DNA of 64,000 nucleotides, from the NCBI RefSeq assembly GCF_009914755.1, contig NC_060933.1. The stretch is one strand, 5' to 3'. The notes below the pieces were generated by a model. That model did not search any database, was not told the origin of the DNA, and was given only the letters and a program-made list of their open reading frames with translations. Origin of the DNA: the human T2T-CHM13v2.0 reference genome, Homo sapiens. Positions within the stretch are counted from its first letter, which is position 1. The number at the start of each line of letters is the position of its first letter. Of this stretch, positions 1 through 12,962 are shown in pieces. The translations under genes and the position numbers were made by a program.

Positions 1-289
1 GTTTGGGTGGTTGATGTGGTTAGCTGCACTAATATAGTAGTGATCTTTAAATGGTTGTAGATTTTTTTTTTTTGGTCACGGAACTGGTTGAGCAATATAA
101 ACATGGGTCTTCCCAAAATGGACCCCTAAGAGATGCAATTTAATGTTTCTAGATAGAAAGTTGTGGCAGTTTTGGGGGGAAGGGAGGAGTGCTTGAAAGC
201 TATGCATAAGGGTGCTCTTTATAATACTCAGAAGGTTAAATGTGGATAAACACAAAACAAGGCTTCAGAAAAGCCACACTATTATTATG

Positions 290-830
290 CAGCGTTTCTC
301 GGACTATAGTCCCCGAGACGCACTTCATAAAGCCAATAAAGCGCGCACTGGTGGTCTCCCGTTGCCCTAGCAACGGGCCACGGGGCACAGTGTATGTGAA
401 ATGCATGAACATCTGTGAATTAATCTTTTTTAGTTTGTTCTTTTCTTGGCACTGATTGGACCACTCGGGCTTGTGCCTGTGACACTGCGTGCAGAGGGGT
501 AATCTGGAGCAGTCCCCAGGGCCTTGCCCTAAAGTGGATAGTGGAATGGAAAGTGAAGGGAGATTTATCCCGGCAGTGCATTCAGCAGTGCAGGGATTTA
601 GCCTGACAGCACTCTCAGCGGGATGTTATTAGCTTACTTTCTGGTGCATGGGGAAATGAATAAAAATTTTTCTAGTAAATCTGGGCATTATTGGGTTTAT
701 TGGGTTGCCCTGAAAAAATAATCTGCAGAGAAAATTGAAATAATCACTTGTGTTTGTACCACAGTTATCAGGACTTGAAAGCTGAGTTATTCCACATCCT
801 TGGCCCAGCCCCCGCCTCAGGGATTATAAC
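290..830. promoter_or_regulatory. Candidate intronic enhancer/promoter: RFX X-box, CCAAT/Y-box, SBS-like motif, TAATC homeodomain sites, local CpG cluster
   Basis: GTTGCCCTAGCAAC at 361-374; CTGATTGG at 452-459; CCAAT at about 333; TAATCT/GGATTA at 421, 500, 719 and 821; several CpGs at 290-385. Confidence 0.55.
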
Positions 831-2523
831 CAAACCATATTGGACTGTCACTGCTCTGAATGAGACTCCTGAATTGGATGCGTAGGCTGGAATCTGATTT
901 GATGATAAAATCTGGTAGTAACCTAGTCTGACCTTATTTAGGGAAATTTTAAACTAAGCTGGTGACATTTTTGCCTTTGGGAGAATAGAGCAAATAATGA
1001 CTAAATACGTAAGCGTCCAGGAACAGTACTTTTGTTAGTTAGTCCCCCACCCCTGACCTCTTCTGTTCTTTCCCTCCTCCTGCCTCCCGCTGCCACTTCT
1101 TCCCTCCCTCTTTTCAAATTGCCATCCTCCTTCTAGACTTCAGCATGACTGTACAGACTGTGTTCAGTTCCTCCTGTCAATACCAGATGTTCACTTGTAA
1201 ACTGTTTTGCTCACCCTTGTCATTTTCAATTCCCTTCTCTTTTCTTCCTTTTTTCTCTTTGTGCCTCCCTTTTTTTTTCTCTCTCCATTCTTCCTTATGG
1301 GTCAACCCTCTTTCCTGGGGAGAAATGAAAGAAGAATATTACATATGAAATGTTTCACGATGGATGTAGTCTATTTGGTTAATTGTTAGGGTGAAAATTT
1401 CCTTTATAACAAATGTATTAAAACAGAAGTTCGATTGCATTAGTACTGAAAGGTATTTAGGTGGGAAGAACTCCTTGTCAATTCTGTATATGTTTTCCTT
1501 TGATTATTAAAAAGGCACAGCTATACCTCTGTATGTAGCTGAGAGATTTTTCTGATTTGTTTTTTGTTAGACAACTGACTAAAAATTATATTAATGGTTC
1601 CTGACTTTGAAACCTGTTGGTATTGACAGATGAACTTGCAGTCCAAATAAAATATTTAAATCAGTAGGTATTGATTCAGCAGCTGGAGGGCAAACAGGCC
1701 TGTACTGCATTGGGGGTGCACAGTAAAGATTAGATACAATCCCTTCCTTCAAATCATGTTCCTGTTAAAATATGGAATTGCGATATGCTGCCTTCTGAGT
1801 AGAATAAAATATATTAATGGATCGTTCTTCTTCATTTCTCAGAGCTTCTGGTGAGTCCTGAATTCTTTAAAATGTGCATATAAAACCAGTTTATGATGAT
1901 GGGAGGACTAGCTCTGAAGGCAGTCTTCCCAGGAAGCTGCCCGGGCTGATGTGCAAATGCATGCAAACATGAACCTTTAGCAAACACTGACAGTAATGCC
2001 AGTGGCAACATTCTGTCGACTCCCAATCGGGATATGGGCCTTTTACTCGAATTCAGAAAGTGTTTTGTAGGAATCAGCAAAACAATTGAACTACAGAGCT
2101 AAAATATTTATCATCTGATTTTTTGGCACTTGAATACCCTCACTTGCTTTTCAGGTGGTTTCTCTGTTTTCAAAATTAGTAAATAATTTTATTTGTTTTT
2201 TTGCTGCTCCCATTTAGCTCTGATGATATTTTCTTCTTTCAAGAGTATTTTTAAAAATTGCCAGCTTTCTAGTTGTTACTTGAAGCCAGCTTCAGAAGTA
2301 GAACAGTTAACACGGATTATTAGAGACCTTTAGAAGGAAGTAAAATTCTCAAATTTTATTTCTATGTCTTGGACTGTTATTTGGTTTTTGAAAGCACAAT
2401 TTTTTATGCCAAGAACTAAAAATCTGTAGACACTGGTGGTAAAAAGTAGAAATTCCACAATTACAAGTGGCAGTGAGTAAACTGGCTAGAGTGAGAAGCA
2501 GGAATGAGGTGGAATGAGTATGA

Positions 2524-2943
<420 letters not shown>

Positions 2944-5900
2944 TAAAATCTCTGTCATGTTCCTATGTACTAGGCTGGTAAATAGCCATAATTCTTGAAT
3001 TTTATTTTTAACTTTTCTACTCTTACTGTGTTTTAAAAGCAGTAATAGAAATAAAATCAGCACTTTAATTAGTGTTGTAGATATGTGTATCTATAAAAGT
3101 GAAAATGTTTAGGGGAAAAAAATGCTGCTTGTTTTCTTAGACACACAACATTACATGGAAACATTTGGTGATTGCAGTGGCTTCAGCATTTTAAGACTGG
3201 GCTACCAAAAACTGTACCTGATACTTAACCTGTTGGGCCTACCCAGGGACAGTGAAAGAGTCCAAATGGAGGCCCTCATACCATACACTGAAGTATTTAA
3301 AAGTTATAAATCCAATAAATAAATACACCTTAGTGATAACCTGAAAGACCAGGTTGGAATTTAAAATTCTCAGGCACTTTGGAGTTCATTGCTTTAACCA
3401 CGTGGGTCCTCACGTATTTTCTTGTACACACCCTAGTTCTTACTTCAAAGCTTCATCGAACCCCTACAGCTGCGCCCAGATCTAGACACACTCAAACCAG
3501 CAGCTTGATCTAACCCTGGGAGGCTTCAGGAAGAGGACTGAGACTGAGTAAACCCTGGAAGTGGGCCTGGGGTGTTAGGGCAGGGAATTTCAGGGTCCTG
3601 GGTACCCAGCTCATGGTGTAGAGGCCACGGACAAAGGCTGTGTGTGGGCATGCCCCCTTGGTCTTACAGGGTGTTGCTCAGCCAACTGAGGGCCAGGGCC
3701 CACGTCAGGGGCCCTTCTCCTTCTCGCCAGGCTGCTTGGTTTGTACATGATTTCATAAGCTATACACTTAAGAGGAAAGAAAGGGAACTTAGAACTGTTT
3801 TATCTTAAAATAATTCTTTGTTAAATAAATGTCAATAGTTTTAATCAAAATTCATCCAGGGAATTCTAAAATATAACATACATATACACATATATATATG
3901 TATATAAAATATTAAAGATAATCTCTAGGAACAGCTGCTTTGACACTGTGTTTTATAGTCTGTTTACGGATGTGTATGTTTTTAAAATACTCCATTAAAA
4001 ATCCGAAATGCGTATCCTGCCTATTGGAAGTGCTTGTGAAAGGAAGGTGGGGAGTTGGGGTACCATTTAAAGCTGAGCAAGGTAAAGATAGTGTGGAGCT
4101 TCGAAGTCAGGATTTTCTACACGACCCCACCCTCAATCTGGTCCACATAGTAAAGATTGGATGCTAGTGAAAATGCCAGGCAAGGGTTAGGCCTAAAAGG
4201 ATTAGTCATGAAGATTCGAGATTCTTAAACTAAAGATTATCACTGGGAACTAACTCGGGTCATGATTTCTCTTTTCATCTGCCTTTGTTCCTTTTATGCA
4301 CTTCCACAGTTGGACAGCTGGAAGTGCCACAGAAATATTTGAAGAGCCCTATTTAGTAGTTTACGTGAAAAGTCGTTGAATAATTCACATAACAAATGAT
4401 TAGACAAGCACTTGTCCATCTGACTGAATTATTCTACATGTTTGCCCAAGCAACAAAGGAGAACAGCGTTTCCTCCTACAGAGGGTATACAGTGGTGGTA
4501 TTGACCCATCTAGTTACTGGGTGGGTTTCAGTCTTTTGTTGACATTGTTGTTAATGAAAGCAGCCCAGACGAGCTGTGAGCAGCTGGGCTGGATAATTGT
4601 GAAGGATTCATGCTTGTTGCTGTTACCCCCAGTGTTTGCAGTGGGTTGTTTGCTTTGACTTTTGTTGAACTGTTGACAAAAGCATTAGATACAAATGGGA
4701 ACAAATAAAGTGGTGAGATGCCAGGAGGGCTTGGCAGGAGTAGTGGTTTTCTTTCTGACTGAAGTGGAGGATGTCGGAACGTATCTAGATGGGAAGTGGA
4801 AGGTGTATTCGGTGTGTGTGTTTAGCAGTTTACCCTTCCGATACCAAACTGGAAAATTTTGTTGCTTATGTACCTTGGCTCACAGAGGTGAGAGAATCAA
4901 GGAGGTCACCGTATCTTGTAACCCTCAAAAAGCCACGCTCTTTACCATGCCAGTCAGGTGGCTTGCAGGCCAAGAATGTTACAACAGAAATAGTTTCCAG
5001 ATTCCCCCTCCTCAACTTAAAACAAAATTTTAATAATAGAAGTATTTTGGACTGGGGAGATGACAGGCATGACGTTGAGGTGGGGAGGATTAAGAAGAAC
5101 AGTATATGCTAAAATAGTATAGCTAGCAAAATGGAAGTCATCTACTGGAACGCTTTTAATTTGCTTTAAACAAAATACTCTTTTGTATATTCAAATGGAG
5201 AGTAGCTCAGCTGTTGTGAAGCCAGAAAATTAATGGTATTTTTAGTGAAATAGCAAAAGCATGTCAACAATGTAGCTGCAGATGATAATGCTGGCATTTT
5301 ATTCATGAGGAATTATCAATGCAGGTTACTGGACAACATAGTGTGACTGAAAATGATTGAGTGTCGGAGAAGCCCGCCATCCTTCTGCTCGATTATTTCA
5401 TTTTGCATTTAGGCTTCCCCAGGCTTCATTTGTGCATGTATTTTCCCTATCACAAACCAAAATATAAAGTCTCCCTGGCTTAGGATTGTATGCATATTTT
5501 TTCTTCCTTTAAAATGTCTCCAAATGAAAGTTCCCCTTGAGTATTGACTCAGAAGCTGAGGAGTTCATTTTCAGTGCACACATGGTCAGTGGAGGTGGTT
5601 AGGCTTCAGAGATAGGTCCCTCTGAACAGTTTATCTAAATAGGTCTATGGCAGTTGTTTAAAAGCCAGCAAAACTCACCACCGTTTGATAGATGGAAATT
5701 GTCACAGAATATGCCTTCTCTGACAAGTAGAAGATTTGGAATAAGTAGTGAGGCCAGAAAAATGTTTAAAAAACATGGGCAAGAATAGGCAGAAACTGTA
5801 TTTAGGCAATTAAAATGTCTTTTGGAAGAGTGCGTTTCAGTGATAGTTGAAGAGTTACTAAAAATATATTTGAATAGTCAGGAAAATTAAGCTATGTCTT

Positions 5901-8900
5901 TTTTTTTGGCCTGCAGTTTTGGTCTGAGGCGCTCTGGGCACCATCACTCACATTGTTTTGTTGGTATTATTTCACCTAGTGTCTGAGCAAGGAAGAGGCT
6001 AAGGCTTCCTTTCAACATTCTGTTCTCCAACCTCATTTATTGGATTCCCCTCTGCTACTGGTGACAAAAAGAATGGATTATACCTTTGTGTAATTGTGCT
6101 TGTTCCAGTACTTCATGTGACCAAATCTAGGAAAGAATAGGAATTTACTGAGTTTGTTAAAAGTGGGAATGGCCCAATTGTTTTAGTCTTTGCAGCATCT
6201 TAATCCTAGAGAGCAGTGACCAGTGAGAAGAGGTCAGGATTTTCTCAGAAATGGGGGCATGCGTTACATGGCTGTGCTCCACTCAAAAAAGTTACATGAA
6301 TGCTCCCCACGTTTCAGCTCTCAGAAGATATTTTGCTTGTTTCAGTACTAGATGGTCAAATGGTAAAGGCCTAGATCTGAAGTTCATGAGGAAGAAACCC
6401 CTGAAATGACAGACACTGAATGGGGATAAATGCATCTATGTGATTAAGTAGTTGGTAGTTCTTCCAGGGTTTATTACTCAAGAGAGGAGGTAGGGAAATC
6501 GTGCAAGTAGAAAACTTGAAAAGACTCACCTTAGAGGGGATAGCTAAAGAGTAAAATGAGTAACAGTTAAATAAGAAAAAAAAAAGAAAGAAAAAAAAAC
6601 TTGAGAAGACAATAAGGCAAGAAGTTTATCACCATTAACAAGCCAGAAGAAAGAAAGAGACTACACCGACTTGACTCAGCATGACTCCAAAATTATGAGA
6701 CCCTGGGCAAAAGCACAACAAAAGGCTCACAAATGAAAAGAATGAGTTCAAGAGAAATTTACTTAGGCCACGTCAAAAAGATTGGTACACTGCACCCTCA
6801 GGCAGTGACCAGAGATGCAAGGGTAAGCATATTTTTGTAAAAGACCTGTTTTACAGACAGATATGCCTCAGTCTTTCCTCCCCCTCCTTTCCCACTGCTC
6901 AAGCAGGTATTCATGTTTGCTGTGCTTTTAAAGCTAAAATATCACCCTTGTTAACGGTGACTCAAGGTGACTCTACATACTCTGTTCAAACTGCATTTCT
7001 TAAGGTTGGGAAGCTGGTGTGTGTTGGGACCTGTCTACTTCTGTGCATGTGGCATGCTATGAACTCTAGACAGCCAGTAGGCAGGAAACAGTGTAGCAAT
7101 ACCAGCTAGACACTCATCCTCTGGAACCAGGTGGTCTGGGTTCAAATCATGCCTTATGCTATTTACCATCCTTGTGATTTTTGGCAGTCTTCTTCTCTAT
7201 CTGTGTAACATGGGAGTGGTAAAGTTGCCCAATATAGTAGGTCCTTATTGGTTTTTTTTTTGTTTGTTTTTTTAGTGTACAGTATGAGTAATTTGAAAAT
7301 GACCTGGTTGTGTTTATTCTTTGGAGGGTTAATATTTAAATTAACTTGCATTCCACAAACAAACACAAAACTAACAGCAGAAAGGAGCAAACTAGAAGTG
7401 TGCCAGGCCACAGGGAAATTATTGAGATTAAATTTTGCCTAAAAAAAATCTACAAAATGGATCTTGTACATGCAGATGGTTGAGAATTAACTTTAGCTGA
7501 TCCTAGCACATATTTAATTCCATTGGGGATTTTGTGTTTAGGGATAGTTCAACCTTGGCTGAGAATGTGACTTTTATGTATTTTACAGCAAAACTACTTG
7601 CTGCTCATAATGGATGAAATTGGAGACCAAAGAGGAAGAACCTTCTGGGTTCCTGTCAGTCTAAATCCTGATTTTAAAAGACATTCACCTGCCATGCTAG
7701 TGTTGTGTGCTTCTACTGGTAGGAAAAGCTAATAACTACCCTGACGAGCTGAACGAGTGGCCCGAGGACTGTGATCTCACAGTTTACCGTTTTTGCAGAG
7801 AGCCTCTTTTATTTTCATGTCAGATTATCTGTAAAATGGACTTCTCCCTCCAGTGTTGTAAACCATAACAATTCTGGCATTCCTCTAATTGTGTGGGGAG
7901 AGGGAGTATACCCAACAGATGCTTGTCGAGCAGGAGAGACTCTTGCTGCTTTTCATTATTTTACTACTCATACACCTAATCCCTGTCAATAAGGTTGGCT
8001 GTTTGGGGAAAGAACACACATCCCTGCACTATAATACTGATTTATTTGCAGCTTCTTTTCTTCAGACCGAGTTAACTGAGGAGTCTCACAAGGCAGTGAG
8101 TCAGCCTTGCTATGGACTTTGACAGAAGTATATCTGAAGGGAAGGGAGTGATTGCAGTATTCAGGGTGCTGGGGAACAGCAGACCTGGTTCAGCAAGGGG
8201 AGGTTAAGGACTATACTCCCACCCCTATTCAAGACATGAATGCCTCTCATAGTGTGATCCCTGGTTGCTTTGTTTTCAGTGAAGATTAGCCTCAGTTTCT
8301 CCGTTAAAAAAAAAAAAAAGTCAGTCTGGAAGATTTTATACGGCCTATGCTTTTTAGGCCATTGAAACAAAACACTTTTTTTTTTTTTTTTTTTTTTTTT
8401 TGCAGAGGTGGTGGTGGGGGAGGGGGGATGCCCTTTCAGTGATTAGTGCCCTGCTACATAGTTGTCTTCCAGAGCTACAATGTCAAGGAGCCCTCCTGTC
8501 CTGGGGAGAGAGGGTGCGCAGAATGGAAATTCAGCTTGCTCAAAGAGTCATACCAACAGGGCTCTAGCAGATTTCATATTTTCTTAATAAGAATGACAAA
8601 GGGGCCAGAGTCCTGGAAAGTAAGATACACACTGGGCATAAGATGGTGTTTGCCCTCATGGGAAGAGTGTGGTTTTCCCACAGGAGAATCCAGAATAACC
8701 AACCAACATGGCCAAGTTTCCCACTGTGGGCGGGCAGTGAGGGGCCCCTGAGCAGACAGGATTTCAACTTCCCACATGAGCCAGGGTGGGTCTGGCAAAG
8801 GTTTAGGAGATGTCTTTCAAGTGAGTCTGTTTTTCTACATGTTTTCTACCTCTGGATGTATAGAGTCAGCTTCCTGCATGACCTGTTTTTGTGAGACAGA

Positions 8901-10499
8901 GGACCTGGGAAACATGAGGCCATATTTGAGGCAGTTCATTCTTACCAACCGCCAGACCTTTGTTTTTAGAGAAGTGGAATCTTCACCAAAGGCCCAAGAA
9001 GCCTTTGTGGGGTCAGCTGTGCTTGAGAATTCTTGAATCTTTGTTACTCTTTATCACCTACCTGAGATGCCACTTTTGCTTGCTTAGCTCAGGTTTGGAA
9101 TTTGATTTAAGAGGGATTCACATTTCTCTGTTTATCAGAACTTAGCATCAATTGTGTTTCTTTGTAGAGATGTATGTTACTTAAAAGATAAGGGAAAGGA
9201 GCATGTGTTTCTGTAGCTCAGAAAACCCTAAGAGGAAGGACCAGATAAAGTGGAAACTTTCTACAGCGACAATTAGAGTTCTGTTAAAGAAACAAGTGCA
9301 AGTGAGGGCAGGTGGAGCATAGAAAACTCTCAGCACAGGGACTCAATTAAAAATGCTTTTAAAATGTAATTCCAATCAATGTGGATAGTCTTAGAACATT
9401 GCAAGATGTGTGAAAACATGCTTTAAATGCCAGCAACCAGTGAAAAGGGCACGGTTTTAGAAACCCTGCTATAAATTATGTGCCTTTGGCTTTCAGGAAC
9501 GTGGAGGATACATCGCTGAAATATTCAGAATAAATATCAGAGAGAATTGTACAGTCTTTTCATTCTGCAAGGAATGAAATTTTTAAAGAGCTAGTTGTGT
9601 TTGGCGTAAGATCCTGAAATTTTTTTATAGTGTCACAACATTTGTTTTGGGAGATGTACAAATCAAATCTGATTATAACAAATATTATAACAAAAATATC
9701 CCTCTAACCAAACAATTTCTAGACCCCAACCAGTGGTCCACTTATTTAAAACAATATTGAATGTAACCCAATTCCATTAAGGCAAAATAATGTGAGTTAG
9801 TCTTGGAGTTTTTCTTTCATGAGTTCCTTACCTTTTGGAATTCATATAGGCAATTGGCAGTGATTCCAAAAATGTTTATTTACCTTTGGAACTATATGAT
9901 TTTAAAAGTGTAGTTTATCTTTCAAATTATTTTCTGCATAGTTCCATTTTACAGTATCTGTTTTTGTGGGAAGAGACTACTCCAAATGAAATTCTGGTTT
10001 CTGATTGGTTTCCTCCTTGCCTATTTTAGTTTCTTATACTTTTATACCTAAAAAGTTTTTCTTGCATTTAACAGAGTAATTTCCCCCTAAAAACTATTGA
10101 AGTAGTAGCATAATTTACATGTTACTTCTTGTCAACCACCAAAACCACAGGGTACAACCTGATCAAATACACTAAATATGAAACAAAACACAGGCTCAAA
10201 ATAGAGTAGATGGCCATTGCTGCATGTGAGTAGTTTTTGCCCCGACCCCTGGTCAGTTGATTCCAGTCACGCCTCTCCATGCCTTCCTGGGGGGTGATTT
10301 TGTAGGGCCGTTCTGCTTAATGTTTCCTGACTCAACCTGTCCCTGGGTTCAGAACCCAGGGATCTTCTTCCTCCTAATTACCCTTGCCCTCTTTAGTCCT
10401 CCCAGGCTTCAGGCTTCCCTCCAAGTGGGGATCCCTTCCCAGATAAAAGAGTTGAGAAGTGGCTTATTGCTTTTCTCAATGTTTAAGGAAAACCACTAG

Positions 10500-10800
10500 A
10501 AGGCTGCTTAGTATAGAGTGAAAACCATGTGCTTTGTAGCCGTTGCCATGGGCTCTGGAGACAGCTCTGCCCCTGCTAGCTTTATGACCTTGGACATGAA
10601 TAATAATTAGCACTTTGGGTGCATATACTCTGTGCTGTCATCAGAACAGCCCATTAAGGTGGAGTTTGCTATTATCTCCGTGTTGCAGATGAGGAAAGTG
10701 AGACACAGTGAGACTAAGTAAGTTGCCTCTGGTTCACCCAGAACATAAGTGATGAGCTGACTAGGATTCAGTTAGTCTTCAGAGCCCATGCTCATTATCT
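10500..10800. mobile_element. MIR relics (others at about 7100, 13020, 13400, 20100, 34420, 36430, 48270, 54750, 59480 and 60600)
   Basis: MIR core motifs, e.g. gcagatgaggaaagtgagacacag...taagtaagttgcc. Confidence 0.65.
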
Positions 10801-11608
10801 CTATTCTAGGGTCAGTTTTAAACCCTCATCTGGATGTACCTTACTTGATGTAGGCAAAATGCAAAGATTAGAGATAGGAGGAGCCCCAGCAAGGGGCCTG
10901 CCACGTAGGAAAATACTTAAGATTATAGGAGCTTCCTCCTTTTCCTGTCAGATCAGCAAAAATCCAAAGTATCGATTTTGTATATGTGTATTTGTAGTAG
11001 TGCTGTTGTGATGTGTTCTTTTCATGTGACTTGTCTGTCATATGTCCTTAGAGTGTAAACTTGTCACGTGGGGCGGGATGTTTTAATACTTCACAATTTT
11101 TAGGACCTTCAAAGTGGCGGTTCAAGACCATTTCACTTTGGAGCATTTTGGAATGTCATCACACAGTCCCGTGCGTGTTTTTGTGTTAAATTTCTCATAT
11201 CCAACAGATGTATCCTCCTCTTCTACCAGTTCAGAATCTGCTATCTGATTAATTAAAATGTATGCAGATGAAAAATCTGACAAAGATTTTAACTTGTAGC
11301 CTCATCAGTTTGCTGGAGGTTAATAGGAATATTCTTGCAGTAACAGAATCCCCCAATTTGGATTTTCTAGCTTGATGTCATTTTTATTTCATGAAGAAAA
11401 AAGGGTAGTTTTTGTTTGGTTGGTTTTTTTTATAACCACTAACCAGATGTAGTGATAATACTTTATAACTTAAGTGTCTATAATTTTTAAATCTCTTTGT
11501 CCTTTCTGCCCTTCCCTAATTGATGAACAAGCACTTACACTTGCAATGTTTTGGCTCTTGTTTCCTATCAGCTGACTTTTGGAGATTTACAGCATGGATT
11601 AAGTAGGG

Positions 11609-12962
11609 ACCACTTGCTTATCCTACTTTTCTTTGTTTTCCTTTCCAGTATTCCATTCCCTTTTTCCCTGCCATCTCCTCCTGACCCTCCAGAAAAGGAC
11701 ATCTTAGTACCTTAGTTGGGTGGCAGTCACAGAAGAAAACTTGATTCCAGTGCTATATCAAATTGTTGGGGCAGCCTAAGGAATTAAGTTGAGGGCTGCA
11801 TATCATAGTGATTTATACTTTAAGAATACCAAATTGGGGCCCATGGCTTTACAAAGGCATTTTCTTATATTAATTTGTGAATCTACATGAAAACAATTAA
11901 GACATGGAAATTAAATTTCATTTATTCTTCATTTAACCAAGCACTTTAAAACAAACATAAAATCCTGAAATCAGTATATCCTTAAAATCCAGAATGTGTA
12001 GGCATTAACTATTTGTGACTGGTGGCTTAATCATTTTCAAGGTTCTTCTTTGATTCACTAAGCACTGTCACTGCCACTGTGGTTGGTCATTTTGCTTCTC
12101 TTTTAAACACAGTCCTCAGCTTTACATTAGGGAGCTAAAGTGAGGTGAGAGATAATGTCTTAGAATCTTATACCAGTTAAGTATCCCTTATCCGAAATGC
12201 TTGGGACTAGAAGTGTTTTGGATTTTGGTTTTTTTCAGATTTGGGAATATTTGCATTATACTCACTGGTTGAGCATCCAAAATCTGAAAAATCTGAAATT
12301 TTAAATGCACAATGAACATTTCCCTTGAGCGTCAGGTTGGTGCTCCAAAAGTTTTGGACTTTGGATTTCAGATTTTCAGGTGTGGGCTGCTCAACCTGTA
12401 CTGGCCACTTTGAACTGATTCGATAACAGGCATCACACAAGATGCTTGAAGCTAGATTGCCCTGGTAGAGTGACAATAAGGGATAATGACTTTACACTCG
12501 TTTTATACTACTGCCATATTTGATGATCTGTTAATTGCCAGTCATGTTTGTTTAGATATTGTTTAGTCACTGTGCCTCCCCAAGGCCTTTCTGGCAAAGG
12601 GCACAACAAATAGAGTAAATAAATTATTGCTTTTGTTACTACTGAAACTATTTTGGCTCAATACTCTAAATTAATTGTTTTCATGTAGATTCACAAATTA
12701 ATATAAGAAAATGCCTTTATGAAGCCATGGGCCCCAATTTGGTATTCTTAAAGTATAAATCACTATGATATGCAGCCCTCAACTTAATTCCTTAGGCTGC
12801 CCCAACAATTTGATATAACACTGGAATCAAGTTTTCTTCTGTGACTGCCACCCAACTAAGGTACTAAGATGTCCTTTTCTGGAGGGTCAGGAGGAGATGG
12901 CAGGGAAAAAGGGAATGGAATACTGGAAAGGAAAACAAAGAAAAGTAGGATATGCAAGTGGT
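11609..12962. repeat. Long inverted repeat: 292-bp arms (11609-11900 and 12671-12962), 770-bp spacer
   Basis: Base-by-base reverse-complement comparison gives 288/292 identity with no indels. Confidence 0.97.
12173..12398 (+). mobile_element. Tigger4a/MER46A-like non-autonomous TcMar-Tigger element
   Basis: cagttaagtatcccttatccgaaatgcttggg...gctcaacctg with TA dinucleotides at both ends. Confidence 0.85.

Noticed and set aside
358-459. X-box plus CTGATTGG as an MHC class II-type S-X-Y module
   Set aside because: X-to-Y spacing is about 78 bp, far from the roughly 20 bp required, and there is no clear X2 or S box.
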